Of a stretch of 64,000 nucleotides of DNA, positions 29,100 through 39,638 are shown piece by piece. The translations under genes were made by a program, and so were the position numbers. This DNA is from Candidatus Hydrogenedens sp. (GTDB lineage Bacteria; Hydrogenedentota; Hydrogenedentia; Hydrogenedentales; Hydrogenedentaceae): positions 1-64,000 of the forward strand of contig JBMFRC010000006.1 of the NCBI GenBank assembly GCA_049968235.1. The letters are read 5' to 3'. Below the pieces are notes generated by a model, which did no database searches, had not been told where the DNA came from, and saw only the letters and a program-made list of their open reading frames with translations. Every line of letters starts with the position of its first letter. Position 1 is the stretch's first letter.

Positions 29100-30939
29100 A
29101 TTAAAGGATACTATTCTTAATACCCTGGTAAATATTGATAAAATTCCTGCAAGTCCGGGTTGTTATATTTTTTATGATGACAAAAATAAAGTTATCTATG
29201 TTGGTAAAGCAAATAACTTAAAGTCGCGGATTCGCTCATATCTCCAAAATACAGACGCACGTTATCATGTTCGTTTCCTTATATCTAAAGCCAAAAAGAT
29301 TGATTATATGGTTACGAATACAGAGCGGGAATCTCTTTTATTGGAAAATACGCTTATTAAACAATATAAACCTCGCTATAATATCCGATTAAAAGATGAT
29401 AAGAATTATTTATCTCTCCGTATAGACCCCTCTGAAGATTTTCCCCGTTTAACTTTTACCCGCCAACCTAAAAAAGATAATGCAGTTTATTTTGGTCCTT
29501 TTCATTCTGCATCAATAATACGCGATGCGTATAAACATCTCCATTTTATTATTCCACTAAGAAGATGCTCCGATAATAATTTTCGGAATAGAACACGTCC
29601 CTGTCTATACTATGAATTAGGAACATGTTTGGCACCCTGTGTCCAACGAATTTCCCGTGAACAATACTCTGAACTGGTTCAACAGGCAATTTTACTATTA
29701 CAAGGTAAAACAGATGTCTTAGAGCAGGAATTTTTACAACAAATAAAAAGGCTATCTGATGAGTTACAATTTGAACAGGCAGGGATGATGAGAGACCGCC
29801 TTTTTGCTTTACGCAAGATTATGGAACCCCAAAAAACCCTGCTGTTCAACCAATCTCATAATTTAGATGTATGGGGTATATACACTTCAGATAACCATCT
29901 TGTCATTTACATTCTGTTCTATAAAGAAGGCAAACTTATTAGTTCTCGAGTTTTCAGTTCAAAAATACCTATAGAAATACCTCTATCTGAATTTTTAGGT
30001 TCTCTAATTTTTGAGACTTACACACAAAAATTGCCTGTTCCTCAGGAAATACTTCTGCCTGTTGAAATTGAAGAAAGAAATACTTTATCTGAATTACTTC
30101 TTTCTAAAACAGGTAAGAAAATAGTTATTCATTGCCCTAAACGTGGAGACAAAGAAGAGTTAGTGAAATTGGCATGTAAAAATGCCGAATCCAAATTCCT
30201 TGAAGAAAAAGAATTACAAACGAGCAAGGGTACAATACTTCAAGAAATACAGCGACTTCTATATCTTCCTAAGATTCCCCGGAGAATTGAATGTTTTGAC
30301 GCATCAACCTATCAAGGTAATAATACAGTTGTGGGCATGGTCGTTTTCGAGAATGGAAATGCATACAAATCACATTATAGAAAATTTGCTATAAAAAAGG
30401 AGAATATACATGATGATTATTATTCCCTTCGGGAGGCACTTACCCGTCGATTTAAAGATTTAACGGATATTCCATTACCTGATTTATTACTTATTGATGG
30501 GGGCAAAGGGCAACTGGGCATTGCTATTTCTGTGCTTGGTGATTTGGGCATAGATGGTATAGCATGTGCAAGTATAGCAAAAGCAAGAAATAAACCTTCT
30601 AATAAAATAACCTCTTTAACACAAGACCGTTTTTTCATTCCCAATAGGTCAAATCCGATTATTATTCATTCTAAAAACTCTCCTGCACTCTTATTACTCC
30701 AACAAATTCGTGATGAAGCACATCGGTTTGCCATACAGTATCAAAGAAAAAAGAAATTAAAAACAGATTTCACATCAAATATTAAAATTCCTGGAATAGG
30801 TACTAAAAAATTTGAACAAATTCTTTCTAAATTCAAATCCATTGAGAATCTCAAGAATGCTACAGTTGAACAACTTAGCAATGTTGAAGGTATTGGTCCT
30901 CATTTAGCATTGAATATATTTAATTATTTTCATAAATAA
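29086..30939 (+). CDS. uvrC: Excinuclease ABC subunit C
   Basis: GIY-YIG N-terminus (PGCYIFYDDKNKVIYVGKANNLKSRIRSY), a UvrBC-interaction region, an RNase H-like endonuclease domain and C-terminal HhH elements. Confidence 0.93.
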   Translation: MSQNKLKDTILNTLVNIDKIPASPGCYIFYDDKNKVIYVGKANNLKSRIRSYLQNTDARYHVRFLISKAKKIDYMVTNTERESLLLENTLIKQYKPRYNIRLKDDKNYLSLRIDPSEDFPRLTFTRQPKKDNAVYFGPFHSASIIRDAYKHLHFIIPLRRCSDNNFRNRTRPCLYYELGTCLAPCVQRISREQYSELVQQAILLLQGKTDVLEQEFLQQIKRLSDELQFEQAGMMRDRLFALRKIMEPQKTLLFNQSHNLDVWGIYTSDNHLVIYILFYKEGKLISSRVFSSKIPIEIPLSEFLGSLIFETYTQKLPVPQEILLPVEIEERNTLSELLLSKTGKKIVIHCPKRGDKEELVKLACKNAESKFLEEKELQTSKGTILQEIQRLLYLPKIPRRIECFDASTYQGNNTVVGMVVFENGNAYKSHYRKFAIKKENIHDDYYSLREALTRRFKDLTDIPLPDLLLIDGGKGQLGIAISVLGDLGIDGIACASIAKARNKPSNKITSLTQDRFFIPNRSNPIIIHSKNSPALLLLQQIRDEAHRFAIQYQRKKKLKTDFTSNIKIPGIGTKKFEQILSKFKSIENLKNATVEQLSNVEGIGPHLALNIFNYFHK

Positions 30940-30998
30940 CAAATTACTAAAACAGAGTTATTTTATCTTAAAATAATAAAGTAAAAGAGGAAAACTTT

Positions 30999-32240
30999 AT
31001 GGTTACTATTTTGTTCTTTTTTATTTTATTAATATTGTTTGCTATTTCCTTTTACGCTTATCTTGTATGGAATATATCCAATCAAGAAACTTTAAACACA
31101 AACGAGATATACTATGTCCGTAGTAAAGATTTATGGGAAATTCGTTTGTGCAGATTTAGAAATAATTCTGAAAAGAACATACCTATTTTATTTGTCCATG
31201 GATTTGGCTCAAATCAGAACAATTTCCTGCTACCTTCTGAACAAAGTATCGTCTCATACTTAAAAAGTCATAACTTTGACTGCTGGACTATAGATTTACG
31301 AGGTTGCAAATCATCCAGACCTCCCTTCGGGAGAACACATTGGGACGCTTCTATTGATGATATTCTTGTTTTTGACTTACCAGTGGTTATCGAATTCATA
31401 TTAAATATAACGGGATACAAAAAACTTTTCTGGATAGGACATTCATTGGGGGGTATGTTACTTTATGCTTATCTTATTCACAAGGGTAATGAAAAAATTG
31501 CTGGGGGAATTACTTTAGGCGCTCCTATTGGATTTCTGCATACAAAAATATATGTACCATCTTTTCTCGTTCAATTCCAAAAACGGTTTCCTAATATAGT
31601 CTTTTTACTATTCCGAATGTTAATTCCCATACTTAAATTTTTCAAAATAGGAAACTCTGTTTTTCCTGTTAATCCTTCAAATATCAATATTAATATGACT
31701 TCGTGGGATTTGTGTAAGATGGTTGAACCGCCTCCACCCAAAATGGTAGATGAAATGATGTCATGGGTAAACGAGAAAAAATGGATTATGTTAAATGGTC
31801 AATTAAATATTCTTGAGCATTTATCAGAATTAGATATTCCTCTTTTGCTTTTCTATGCATCTGATGATCCCTTTGTTAATTTAGACACTGCAAAAGAATT
31901 TTTTAACTCATTAAGATCTGCAGACAAAGAAATGTTTATCCTATGCACGGAAACAGGCTGTAAACATAATTATAATCATTGTGACCTGGCTTTTGGGGAA
32001 AATGGTGAAAAAGAAGTTTTTGAACCTATTAAAGTCTGGTTAGATAAACATGAAGCATGTCTTTATAATTCGCCTGATAGTAATGAGAAATCGAAATTGA
32101 ACAAAACATTAACTAATAGAAGTCCCATGACACAGGAAGAAAGAAAAACTATCTTATCTGGAAGAGCCTATAAAAAAACAACAAAAAATAATTCTAGTAA
32201 AAAAACAAAGGTAAATCCTAAAAGTAAGGAGGATACATAA
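30999..32240 (+). CDS. Alpha/beta-fold hydrolase (membrane-anchored esterase/lipase-like)
   Basis: N-terminal TM helix, a nucleophile elbow GHSLGG and an HGFGSN oxyanion region. The C-terminus is Lys-rich. Confidence 0.6.
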   Translation: MVTILFFFILLILFAISFYAYLVWNISNQETLNTNEIYYVRSKDLWEIRLCRFRNNSEKNIPILFVHGFGSNQNNFLLPSEQSIVSYLKSHNFDCWTIDLRGCKSSRPPFGRTHWDASIDDILVFDLPVVIEFILNITGYKKLFWIGHSLGGMLLYAYLIHKGNEKIAGGITLGAPIGFLHTKIYVPSFLVQFQKRFPNIVFLLFRMLIPILKFFKIGNSVFPVNPSNININMTSWDLCKMVEPPPPKMVDEMMSWVNEKKWIMLNGQLNILEHLSELDIPLLLFYASDDPFVNLDTAKEFFNSLRSADKEMFILCTETGCKHNYNHCDLAFGENGEKEVFEPIKVWLDKHEACLYNSPDSNEKSKLNKTLTNRSPMTQEERKTILSGRAYKKTTKNNSSKKTKVNPKSKEDT

Positions 32241-33152
32241 ATGCAATATTTTTCTCGAAGAAATTTTTTAACCTCTACAACATTATCTACCCTTTTTCTT
32301 TCTCAGTCATTTCATAAAGCACATTCAATAGATAAAACAAACCATAGTGAAACATCTTCTAATAAAATCGTTGTATTTTCAAAATATCTTCAAAATCTTA
32401 ATTGGGAAGAACTGGCAATTGCATGTAAGAATTGTGGACTTGATGGAATTGATTTAACGGTTCGAGATGGAGGACATGTATCCCCGGATAAAGTAGAAGA
32501 GGATTTACCGAAAGTTGTTGATATTTTCCGCAAAAATAATATGGATGTAATAATGATAACAACTCGTCTTCTTAATGTTAACGAGCCTTATGCGGAACAG
32601 ATATTAAAAGCCGCAGGCTCATTAAAAATTCCCTATGCTCGTATTGGTTACCATCAATATAAAAACAAATTAGACATTAAAGAACAAATCTTAACTGTAA
32701 AAAAAGACCTACAAGGATTATCTATTCTGGCTGAAAAATACAATGTAATTTTGGGTTATCATAATCATAGTGGATTAAATAATTTTGGAGGACCCATTTG
32801 GGACCTTATGGAAGTGTTTCAAGAAATTAATTCACCTTATTTAGGTTCTAATTTTGATATAGGGCATGTTAAAGCAGAAGGATTTGGTGGAGCATGGAAA
32901 ACAAACACAATAGCGATGCTTCCATGGATACGTATGGTAGCAGTAAAAGATTTTATAATTGAGAATAATAAAACTGTGTGGGTTCCTTTAGGAAAAGGTT
33001 GTGTCCCTGTAAAAGAAATCCTCGATATTATAGTTAAACAAGGAACATTTAAAGGACCCATATCTGTTCACATGGAATACGATACAAAATCCGAAGCAGA
33101 AAAATTGGATTATATTAAAAATTCAGCACAAATAATTAAAAATATAATTTAA
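32241..33152 (+). CDS. Xylose-isomerase-like TIM-barrel sugar phosphate isomerase/epimerase, Tat-exported
   Basis: The N-terminus SRRNFLTSTTLSTLF matches the twin-arginine S/T-R-R-x-F-L motif. The body resembles AP-endonuclease-2/xylose-isomerase-like TIM barrels (GYHNHSG...FDIGH). Confidence 0.6.
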   Translation: MQYFSRRNFLTSTTLSTLFLSQSFHKAHSIDKTNHSETSSNKIVVFSKYLQNLNWEELAIACKNCGLDGIDLTVRDGGHVSPDKVEEDLPKVVDIFRKNNMDVIMITTRLLNVNEPYAEQILKAAGSLKIPYARIGYHQYKNKLDIKEQILTVKKDLQGLSILAEKYNVILGYHNHSGLNNFGGPIWDLMEVFQEINSPYLGSNFDIGHVKAEGFGGAWKTNTIAMLPWIRMVAVKDFIIENNKTVWVPLGKGCVPVKEILDIIVKQGTFKGPISVHMEYDTKSEAEKLDYIKNSAQIIKNII

Positions 33153-33176
33153 TAAATAAAGAGAAAGGAATGTCCC

Positions 33177-34034
33177 ATGTTTTATTCAGGTATCAGTGAT
33201 GAAGCGGGCAAATCTATTCAAAAACAAATACAAGCTCATAAGGAATTAGGCTGGTCCTACATGGAATTGAGAATGATTGAAGGTGTTAATTTTACACAAG
33301 TTTCAGATGAAATATTCAACCATGTAAAAGATGAATTGGAAAAGAACCAGATGAAGGTTTCATGCTTTGCCAGCGCCATAGCCAATTGGGCTCGTCCTAT
33401 CACATGTGACCCTCAAATTGATATTAATGATTTAAAAACTGCCATACCCCGAATGCACCAACTTAATACAAAGTTTATCCGTGTAATGAGTTATCCCAAT
33501 GACCCCAAAAATCCCATTGATGAAAAAGAATGGAGAGATGAGGCAATCCGCAGAATGAAGGTATTATCAAAAATTGCAGAAGATGGTGGTATTACCCTTG
33601 TTCACGAAAATTGTAGTGGTTGGGGAGGTTTATCTGCTGAAAATAGCAATATTCTACTGGCTGAAGTTAATAGTCCTGCACTTAAAGTAGTGTTTGACAC
33701 AGGAAATCCAGTTACTTATGGGCAAAATGCATGGGAGTATTATCAGAGTGTGAAAAAAGATATAGTTTATGTGCATATAAAAGATGCAAAAAAGATAAAT
33801 GGAGAGGATGTATATTGCCTGTGTGGTGAAGGCGATGGTTATATCCCCGAAATTGTTACAGACTTATTACAATCTGGTTATGATGGCGGTTTTTCTATAG
33901 AACCGCACCTTGCCGCAATTATTCATACAGGGCAACAAGCAGAAAATGAGGAGCAATTATACAATTCATATATCAAATATGGGAAAAAATTAATGGAGAT
34001 TGTTAACATATCTTTAGAAAAATTATCAAAATAA
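33177..34034 (+). CDS. Xylose-isomerase-like TIM-barrel sugar phosphate isomerase/epimerase (cytoplasmic paralogue)
   Basis: 285 aa with an LVHENCSGWGG...FDTGN pattern. It is co-oriented with the upstream TIM-barrel gene. Confidence 0.6.
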   Translation: MFYSGISDEAGKSIQKQIQAHKELGWSYMELRMIEGVNFTQVSDEIFNHVKDELEKNQMKVSCFASAIANWARPITCDPQIDINDLKTAIPRMHQLNTKFIRVMSYPNDPKNPIDEKEWRDEAIRRMKVLSKIAEDGGITLVHENCSGWGGLSAENSNILLAEVNSPALKVVFDTGNPVTYGQNAWEYYQSVKKDIVYVHIKDAKKINGEDVYCLCGEGDGYIPEIVTDLLQSGYDGGFSIEPHLAAIIHTGQQAENEEQLYNSYIKYGKKLMEIVNISLEKLSK

Positions 34035-34069
34035 TTTTTGATATCCATTTCCCATTCAGGAGGTTAGCC

Positions 34070-34213
34070 ATGAAAATGACGAAAATTCGAGAAGCAATAG
34101 CAGGTATATTTGCTATCTTATTTGTTTTAATTATGGCAGGTGTAGGTGCTACGATGGCAGGCTGGAATATTCCAATACTAAGCAATATTATTAAAACAAT
34201 TATAAGCAGGTAA
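34070..34213 (+). CDS. Small hydrophobic peptide (47 aa), candidate membrane micro-protein
   Basis: An AGGAGG RBS lies 6 nt upstream of the ATG. A single predicted TM helix (IAGIFAILFVLIMAGVGATMAGW) is present. It is too short for the ORF track (<60 aa). Confidence 0.35.
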   Translation: MKMTKIREAIAGIFAILFVLIMAGVGATMAGWNIPILSNIIKTIISR

Positions 34214-34214
34214 A

Positions 34215-35537
34215 TTACTGTAAACTTTCCCTTGTTAGTTCATAGATAACTAATCCACTCGGGATTTTAGGAAAGAAGTAGGTTGCTTTTTGAGGCATAA
34301 ATTCCCCGTTATCTGCACATTTTTTAATAACTTCCGGGCATATTGGATTAATCAAAAAAGTCATTTCTGCTTTTTCCTTTTCTACCATTTCAATGCAACG
34401 GAAGGGATTTGTTTCATATAACAATTGAGTATTAGGCTCCAATTTCATTATTTCTTCAAAAATAAGTTTATGAAGAATATATACATTTACATCATGTAAA
34501 GCATGGGTACCTTTTTCCTCCGTTACTCGTTTATATCCTTTATCGTTAAGTTCAATCAAGAATCGTCCCCTATTCTTTACTACTAACCCGAAACAATGGA
34601 AATATTTTCGATTATTATTTTCACACTCTTTTTGCTTTTGCATAATATATTCAACGGGATTATTTTCTACCTGTGTTATTTTGAAATATTCATTTAAATA
34701 TTTAAAAAACTGTTCATAATTAATATCTGGGACATTATTTATTACACGATGAGGGGCATAAATTATTAACCCCGGGTCTTCAAAGGCTACAAAACCTGTT
34801 AAAACATATCGATAAGGTTCTATTTCATTTTCTTTATCCACGGATAAATTATTCTTTTTCTCTTCTAAAATCTTTTTTGCTGTCTGGAATCGATGATGCC
34901 CATCCGCAATATACAAAGTTTTATTTTCAAATAAATCTGTTAACTCATCATTCCATTTAGTTTGCCAGAGTTCATTTAGAACGCCATCTATTGTTACAAC
35001 ACTTATATCCGGGTATTTTCCTGCATCTTTAACATATTTTATAAAAAATTGTTGTAGTGCTTTTTCCTTATCGGAAAATATGAAGAAAATAGGACTTAAT
35101 TGAGCATTGGTTGCACTTAGCAAAGCCATCCTATCTTCTACAGGTTTGTTAAATGTTCTTTCATGAGGCAATATTTGAGAATTACCTTCTTGCTCTTCGG
35201 GTATTTTTGTAAGAGCCAATAAGGTAAGTCTTTCCATCTGTATGCCTCGAATGTCCGTAAACCTCTGCCGCAACCAATAAGCACTTACTTCCACCTCACG
35301 AATTAATATATTTTTATTCTGCCATTCCTGAAATAATTCATTAGCTTTTTCATACTTTGTCTTATGTGAATTTTCAACCGGCAAATCTATGTGAACAAAA
35401 TTATACTCACTCCTTTTCGCCAAATCTTCTCTTATTTCAGGAGTTATAATGTCATAAGGAGGTGTTATTACATTACTAAAATCATTTATTTTGTTATCGT
35501 TATATCTTAACGCCCGTAATCCTCTTACTAATGGCAT
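34215..35537 (-). CDS. DUF1015-family conserved protein
   Basis: 440 aa. The N-terminal pattern (P..G..ALRY...ITPPYDII) is the hallmark I recall for DUF1015 proteins. Confidence 0.5.
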   Translation of the reverse strand: MPLVRGLRALRYNDNKINDFSNVITPPYDIITPEIREDLAKRSEYNFVHIDLPVENSHKTKYEKANELFQEWQNKNILIREVEVSAYWLRQRFTDIRGIQMERLTLLALTKIPEEQEGNSQILPHERTFNKPVEDRMALLSATNAQLSPIFFIFSDKEKALQQFFIKYVKDAGKYPDISVVTIDGVLNELWQTKWNDELTDLFENKTLYIADGHHRFQTAKKILEEKKNNLSVDKENEIEPYRYVLTGFVAFEDPGLIIYAPHRVINNVPDINYEQFFKYLNEYFKITQVENNPVEYIMQKQKECENNNRKYFHCFGLVVKNRGRFLIELNDKGYKRVTEEKGTHALHDVNVYILHKLIFEEIMKLEPNTQLLYETNPFRCIEMVEKEKAEMTFLINPICPEVIKKCADNGEFMPQKATYFFPKIPSGLVIYELTRESLQ

Positions 35538-35630
35538 AAAAAATCCTCTTTCTTTATTTATTTCATGGGGAATACAAGGTTATTATATTATTCTTTAGTG
35601 ACATTTTTCTAAAAAGAATTTTTTTACTTT

Positions 35631-36008
35631 TCAATTTCTTTCATTTTTTTCTTTTATATATAGATAGGTAGAATTAATGAGCACGCAAACAAATATCGTT
35701 AGAGTAACATAATCTACCAAAACATCATTAAAGTCCTTCCCCGTTATTTTATCAAGTATATATTTTATAAACGAAATGGGTAAATTTTCTTCTCCCAAAA
35801 CTGTTTTTATCTGCCAATGAATATCTGTAAGGAAACAGTATCCAAAGCCATACAACAATCCCAGAAGAAACCACGAAATCGCAATTATAATCACTAAAAT
35901 ATAATGAATTTTTCTTGTTTTCTTAAAAATCCAGCCTGAGATAAAAAATAGTATCAGTCCCACATGTAGTATTGTTAAAAAAATATCAACAATTTTTATC
36001 CAGAACAT
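35631..36008 (-). CDS. Small integral membrane protein (3-4 TM), function unknown
   Basis: 125 aa and strongly hydrophobic. It sits immediately downstream of the mpl-like gene on the same strand. Confidence 0.45.
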   Translation of the reverse strand: MFWIKIVDIFLTILHVGLILFFISGWIFKKTRKIHYILVIIIAISWFLLGLLYGFGYCFLTDIHWQIKTVLGEENLPISFIKYILDKITGKDFNDVLVDYVTLTIFVCVLINSTYLYIKEKNERN

Positions 36009-36017
36009 TTATTTCTT

Positions 36018-37412
36018 TCACCTATAATGAGCAATTAATCTCTCTCTAATATTCCCACATGCTCCATTACTCATAAGGACGATAACAGAATTTGATTTAA
36101 CACCAGAAAGCAAATATTTAAATACCTCTTCAAAATTCTCTGCTAATTTGCCTGTTTTCCTCTTATTCTTGATTGAATTTATTAGCTCTTCCTTGTTTAA
36201 TCTTTTCTCAATGGGTATTTTTTCTTCGCGATAAATAGGAGTTAACCATATCTCATCTGCTATTGAGAGCGATTCTGCTATCTCATGCTGAAATATATTA
36301 GTAACGGTAGTATTCGAGCGTGGTTCAAATATTGCCACAAGGTATTTATCGGGATACTTTGCTTTGAGTGCTTTTAATGTTTCTTGTATCGCTGTCGGAT
36401 GATGTGCAAAATCGTCAATATATATTTTATCTTCTACCTCTAAAAATACCTCCTGACGCCTGCGAACACCACGAAACTCCTCTATTCCATCTACAATACT
36501 ATTTACAGGAATACCTATCGTATTAGCCACAGCCACAGCACATAGAATATTTAATGCATTATGTATTCCGAAAAGTTTTGTCCTTAATACACATAATTCT
36601 TTACCTTTATACAAAATATGTAATTTCATCATAGTTTTTTCTAATTCTATTTCAGTTATAACCCGCCACTCCGCATTGTCGGATGTCCCATATAACTGAC
36701 ATGTGGAAAAGCAATGTTGTTTTAGTGTTCGAGCGTGATTGTCGTTACACAATATAACAAACCCTTGGGATGGAACTATTCTTAAAAGTAATTGAAAAGT
36801 TTTTTCTATTTCCTGAAGATTACTATATATATCGCTATGGTCATATTCAAGAGATGTTATGACCAGTATTTGAGGTAAATAATGTAAAAATTTCGCTCGT
36901 TTATCAAAAAATGCAGTGTCGTATTCATCTCCTTCTATTACAAAATAAGAGTTCTCTTTGCCTGAATAAGCCGGTATTTCAAAATTTATTGGGAACCCCC
37001 CTATTAAATACCCGGGGTCATAACCTGCATATTTTAGTAGCCATGCAATTATAGAAGTTGTTGTCGTTTTTCCGTGCGTTCCTGAAACAACAATGGGCTT
37101 TCTCTTGAATAATACATGATGTTTTAGCCACTCGGGTAAACTGTAATATGGCATACCTCTATTTAATATAGTTTCAACTTCTTCATTTCCTCTACTTAGA
37201 ACATTACCTATTATGGCATAATCTGGTTTCCATTCCAGATTTGTAGAATAATATCCTTCATAAACGGGAACATTTAATTTTTCTACAAGGATGGAAGTCG
37301 GCGGATACAGTTGATTATCGCTTCCCTGAATTTCATGACCTAATTGCTTGGCAATATATGCTCCCCCAATCATGGCGGTACCGCCTATACCTGAAAAATG
37401 AATTTTTGCCAT
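36018..37412 (-). CDS. Mur ligase family protein, Mpl-like (UDP-MurNAc:tripeptide ligase) or MurC
   Basis: N-terminal IHFSGIGGTAMIGGAYIAKQLGHEIQGSD...YPPTS is Mpl/MurC-like. The P-loop GTHGKTTTTS and central and C-terminal Mur ligase domains are present. Confidence 0.75.
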   Translation of the reverse strand: MAKIHFSGIGGTAMIGGAYIAKQLGHEIQGSDNQLYPPTSILVEKLNVPVYEGYYSTNLEWKPDYAIIGNVLSRGNEEVETILNRGMPYYSLPEWLKHHVLFKRKPIVVSGTHGKTTTTSIIAWLLKYAGYDPGYLIGGFPINFEIPAYSGKENSYFVIEGDEYDTAFFDKRAKFLHYLPQILVITSLEYDHSDIYSNLQEIEKTFQLLLRIVPSQGFVILCNDNHARTLKQHCFSTCQLYGTSDNAEWRVITEIELEKTMMKLHILYKGKELCVLRTKLFGIHNALNILCAVAVANTIGIPVNSIVDGIEEFRGVRRRQEVFLEVEDKIYIDDFAHHPTAIQETLKALKAKYPDKYLVAIFEPRSNTTVTNIFQHEIAESLSIADEIWLTPIYREEKIPIEKRLNKEELINSIKNKRKTGKLAENFEEVFKYLLSGVKSNSVIVLMSNGACGNIRERLIAHYR

Positions 37413-37500
37413 TTATACAAATACCTCAAAATAGGAATTATAACTTTTGGGTATTAGTATAAATTAACAATTGAAATTACTACCATTAAGAAGGATAAAA

Positions 37501-37761
37501 TTATTTTGATAGGTTGGAGGTTAAATTCGCAGGGTGTGGTTTCAAACCTAAAATACGACGAGACATCTCAAGACATGTTGGACAGTATGTATGTGAAACC
37601 TGAGTATAAATTTTTGTTGTTTGAATCCATTCATTTGTCTCACGATTCAATATCTTTTTACATACACAGCATTGTGTAACCATAGTAGACTTCCTTGTCT
37701 TTGTATATTCAATTGTTCCTTCTATATAATGTATCGGCACTATTATGAGAAACTTTAACAT
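37501..37761 (-). CDS. Small zinc-ribbon protein (CxxC...CxxC), hypothetical
   Basis: 86 aa with QCCVCKK and CPTC separated by about 30 residues. It is divergent from the mazG-like gene. Confidence 0.35.
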   Translation of the reverse strand: MLKFLIIVPIHYIEGTIEYTKTRKSTMVTQCCVCKKILNRETNEWIQTTKIYTQVSHTYCPTCLEMSRRILGLKPHPANLTSNLSK

Positions 37762-37779
37762 TTTTTTAACTGGATTTTT

Positions 37780-38205
37780 ATGGATAAAAATGAATTTTTA
37801 AATTTTGATATATGTAAAGAAGGAGATATTTTTGAACTTCTTATAAGCCTTGCCCGTTATTTACGAAGTCCAGAAGGATGTCCCTGGGATAGAAAACAGA
37901 CTTCTTTAGATTTTGCAAAATATGCTAAAGAAGAGTGTGAAGAATTTATTGAAGCACTTGAAAAAGGAAGTATTGATGAAATAAATGAAGAGTTTGGAGA
38001 TGCCTTATTTATATTACTTGCTTCTGCTGTGGCAGGAGAATTCGAAGGTAAAATGAATTTATTAAAAGCTTTGCAATGTGCTCATAAAAAAATGATAAGG
38101 AGACATGAGCATGTTTTCGGAGATAAAAAAGCAGTTACCGAAGAAGAGGCATGGAACTCATGGCATAAAGTAAAAGAATCTGAAAAGAAAAATAAATCTA
38201 CTTGA
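37780..38205 (+). CDS. MazG-family nucleoside triphosphate pyrophosphohydrolase
   Basis: 141 aa with the EExxE / EFGDxLF metal-binding motif pair (EECEEFIEALEKG...EEFGDALFILLA). Confidence 0.75.
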   Translation: MDKNEFLNFDICKEGDIFELLISLARYLRSPEGCPWDRKQTSLDFAKYAKEECEEFIEALEKGSIDEINEEFGDALFILLASAVAGEFEGKMNLLKALQCAHKKMIRRHEHVFGDKKAVTEEEAWNSWHKVKESEKKNKST

Positions 38206-38206
38206 T

Positions 38207-39610
38207 TTATTTTTTTAGTTCTGGCAAACTTGCAGCTGCAATAGATTGTCCTACTCTTCTATTTTTTTCGTCCGGCAATTGGACATTAATTTTTTCATTT
38301 ATCTCAGGAAACTCTGTTTTTAATACTTTTAGACATTCTTCTAACATGATAGGACCTCCATTGCCGGAGGTACACCGTCCTAAAATGAGTACATGCTTTA
38401 TATCATAGAAATCATTGTAATGAGCAAGAGTATATCCCAAATAGGTACCCATAGTTTGCCAAATTTTAATAACTTCGGGATTCCCTTTTTCCAATTCTTC
38501 TTGTATTAGTTTCAATTTTTCTGCATCGGTGATATTTTCAGGAATTTTTATGCCTGCTTTCGGAGCAAGACGAAACACACATTGTTGAGAAAAATAATTG
38601 GCACCTACTCCCCTATCTCCTGACCATTCTTCTACGGGAGCATCGGGATTATAATCCACAGGGGCAAAGGCAAGTTCATTTAACCAATCTGTTATATTCC
38701 CTGCAGTGGTAACATAGCCACCCGCTTCACTGGAACCCATAGCAATTCCTAATACAGCATTGTCACCAATAGACATCGAACCTGCCAATGCTGTAACCTC
38801 TCCATCATTAACAACAACCAGCGGTACTCCCAGTTCTTTTGACATACGATTAAACAATTCATGCACCTCACCAAAACGTTCTTTAGGAACCCCTCTAAAT
38901 AATGATGCTATCATGGCACGATTATTGACATATACTCCAGCAGCACTTCCACCGACAGCATCCAATCTCGGCATTTTTGATGCGGCTGTTTTTATGGCTG
39001 TCATTATTTCATTATAGTGATAGTTGGGGTCTGTCTGTTTACGGGGTTCCCATATTGTCTCTTCGCTATATACCACTTCTCCATCTATGACAGCGGATGC
39101 TTTACGGTCAGAAGCACCTAAATCAAATCCGACACGACAACCATCCATGTGCCTACCCAAACGTTGTGATGTCTCGTTTGCATGAGGGACATCATTTTCC
39201 GATTTACATGGAACTATCGTAAATGGATTTTCATACACATCTTCTCCCATAAATTTATAGTCGAAGGCTCTCGCTCCTTGTAAAGAATAAGTTGCCTCTA
39301 AATAACGAATTAATGGTTTTGGAGCATAAACATATACCTTCCATCCTCCTTTTTGCCATAGTAAAAACTTTAATATTCTTTCTATATAATAAAATCCTGA
39401 TTCAAATAAAGGATGTCCTTCTGGAAATACTTCTGTCTCAAAACAAGATATAGAATTGTTTAACCTTTCTAAAGCAATAATAACTTTTACTGCATCTTTT
39501 GTTTCTTTCACTTTCTTTTTAAATTGGTCGTTTACTAATTTTGGTGGAATAAAACCGGGGTCCATAGGAGGAACTATTTGTGGTTTTACTAACATCCAAT
39601 CCAGATTCAT
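38207..39610 (-). CDS. ASKHA-superfamily sugar-kinase-like protein (ROK-like, lacks Zn Cys motif; ~150 aa N-terminal extension)
   Basis: It has a phosphate-1-like GFDLGAS motif and a VVVNDGEVTALAG motif resembling ROK ENDANAAALGE. No CxCGxxGC motif is present. Confidence 0.45.
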   Translation of the reverse strand: MNLDWMLVKPQIVPPMDPGFIPPKLVNDQFKKKVKETKDAVKVIIALERLNNSISCFETEVFPEGHPLFESGFYYIERILKFLLWQKGGWKVYVYAPKPLIRYLEATYSLQGARAFDYKFMGEDVYENPFTIVPCKSENDVPHANETSQRLGRHMDGCRVGFDLGASDRKASAVIDGEVVYSEETIWEPRKQTDPNYHYNEIMTAIKTAASKMPRLDAVGGSAAGVYVNNRAMIASLFRGVPKERFGEVHELFNRMSKELGVPLVVVNDGEVTALAGSMSIGDNAVLGIAMGSSEAGGYVTTAGNITDWLNELAFAPVDYNPDAPVEEWSGDRGVGANYFSQQCVFRLAPKAGIKIPENITDAEKLKLIQEELEKGNPEVIKIWQTMGTYLGYTLAHYNDFYDIKHVLILGRCTSGNGGPIMLEECLKVLKTEFPEINEKINVQLPDEKNRRVGQSIAAASLPELKK

Positions 39611-39638
39611 ATACTTTCTCCTATATCAATATCATTTT

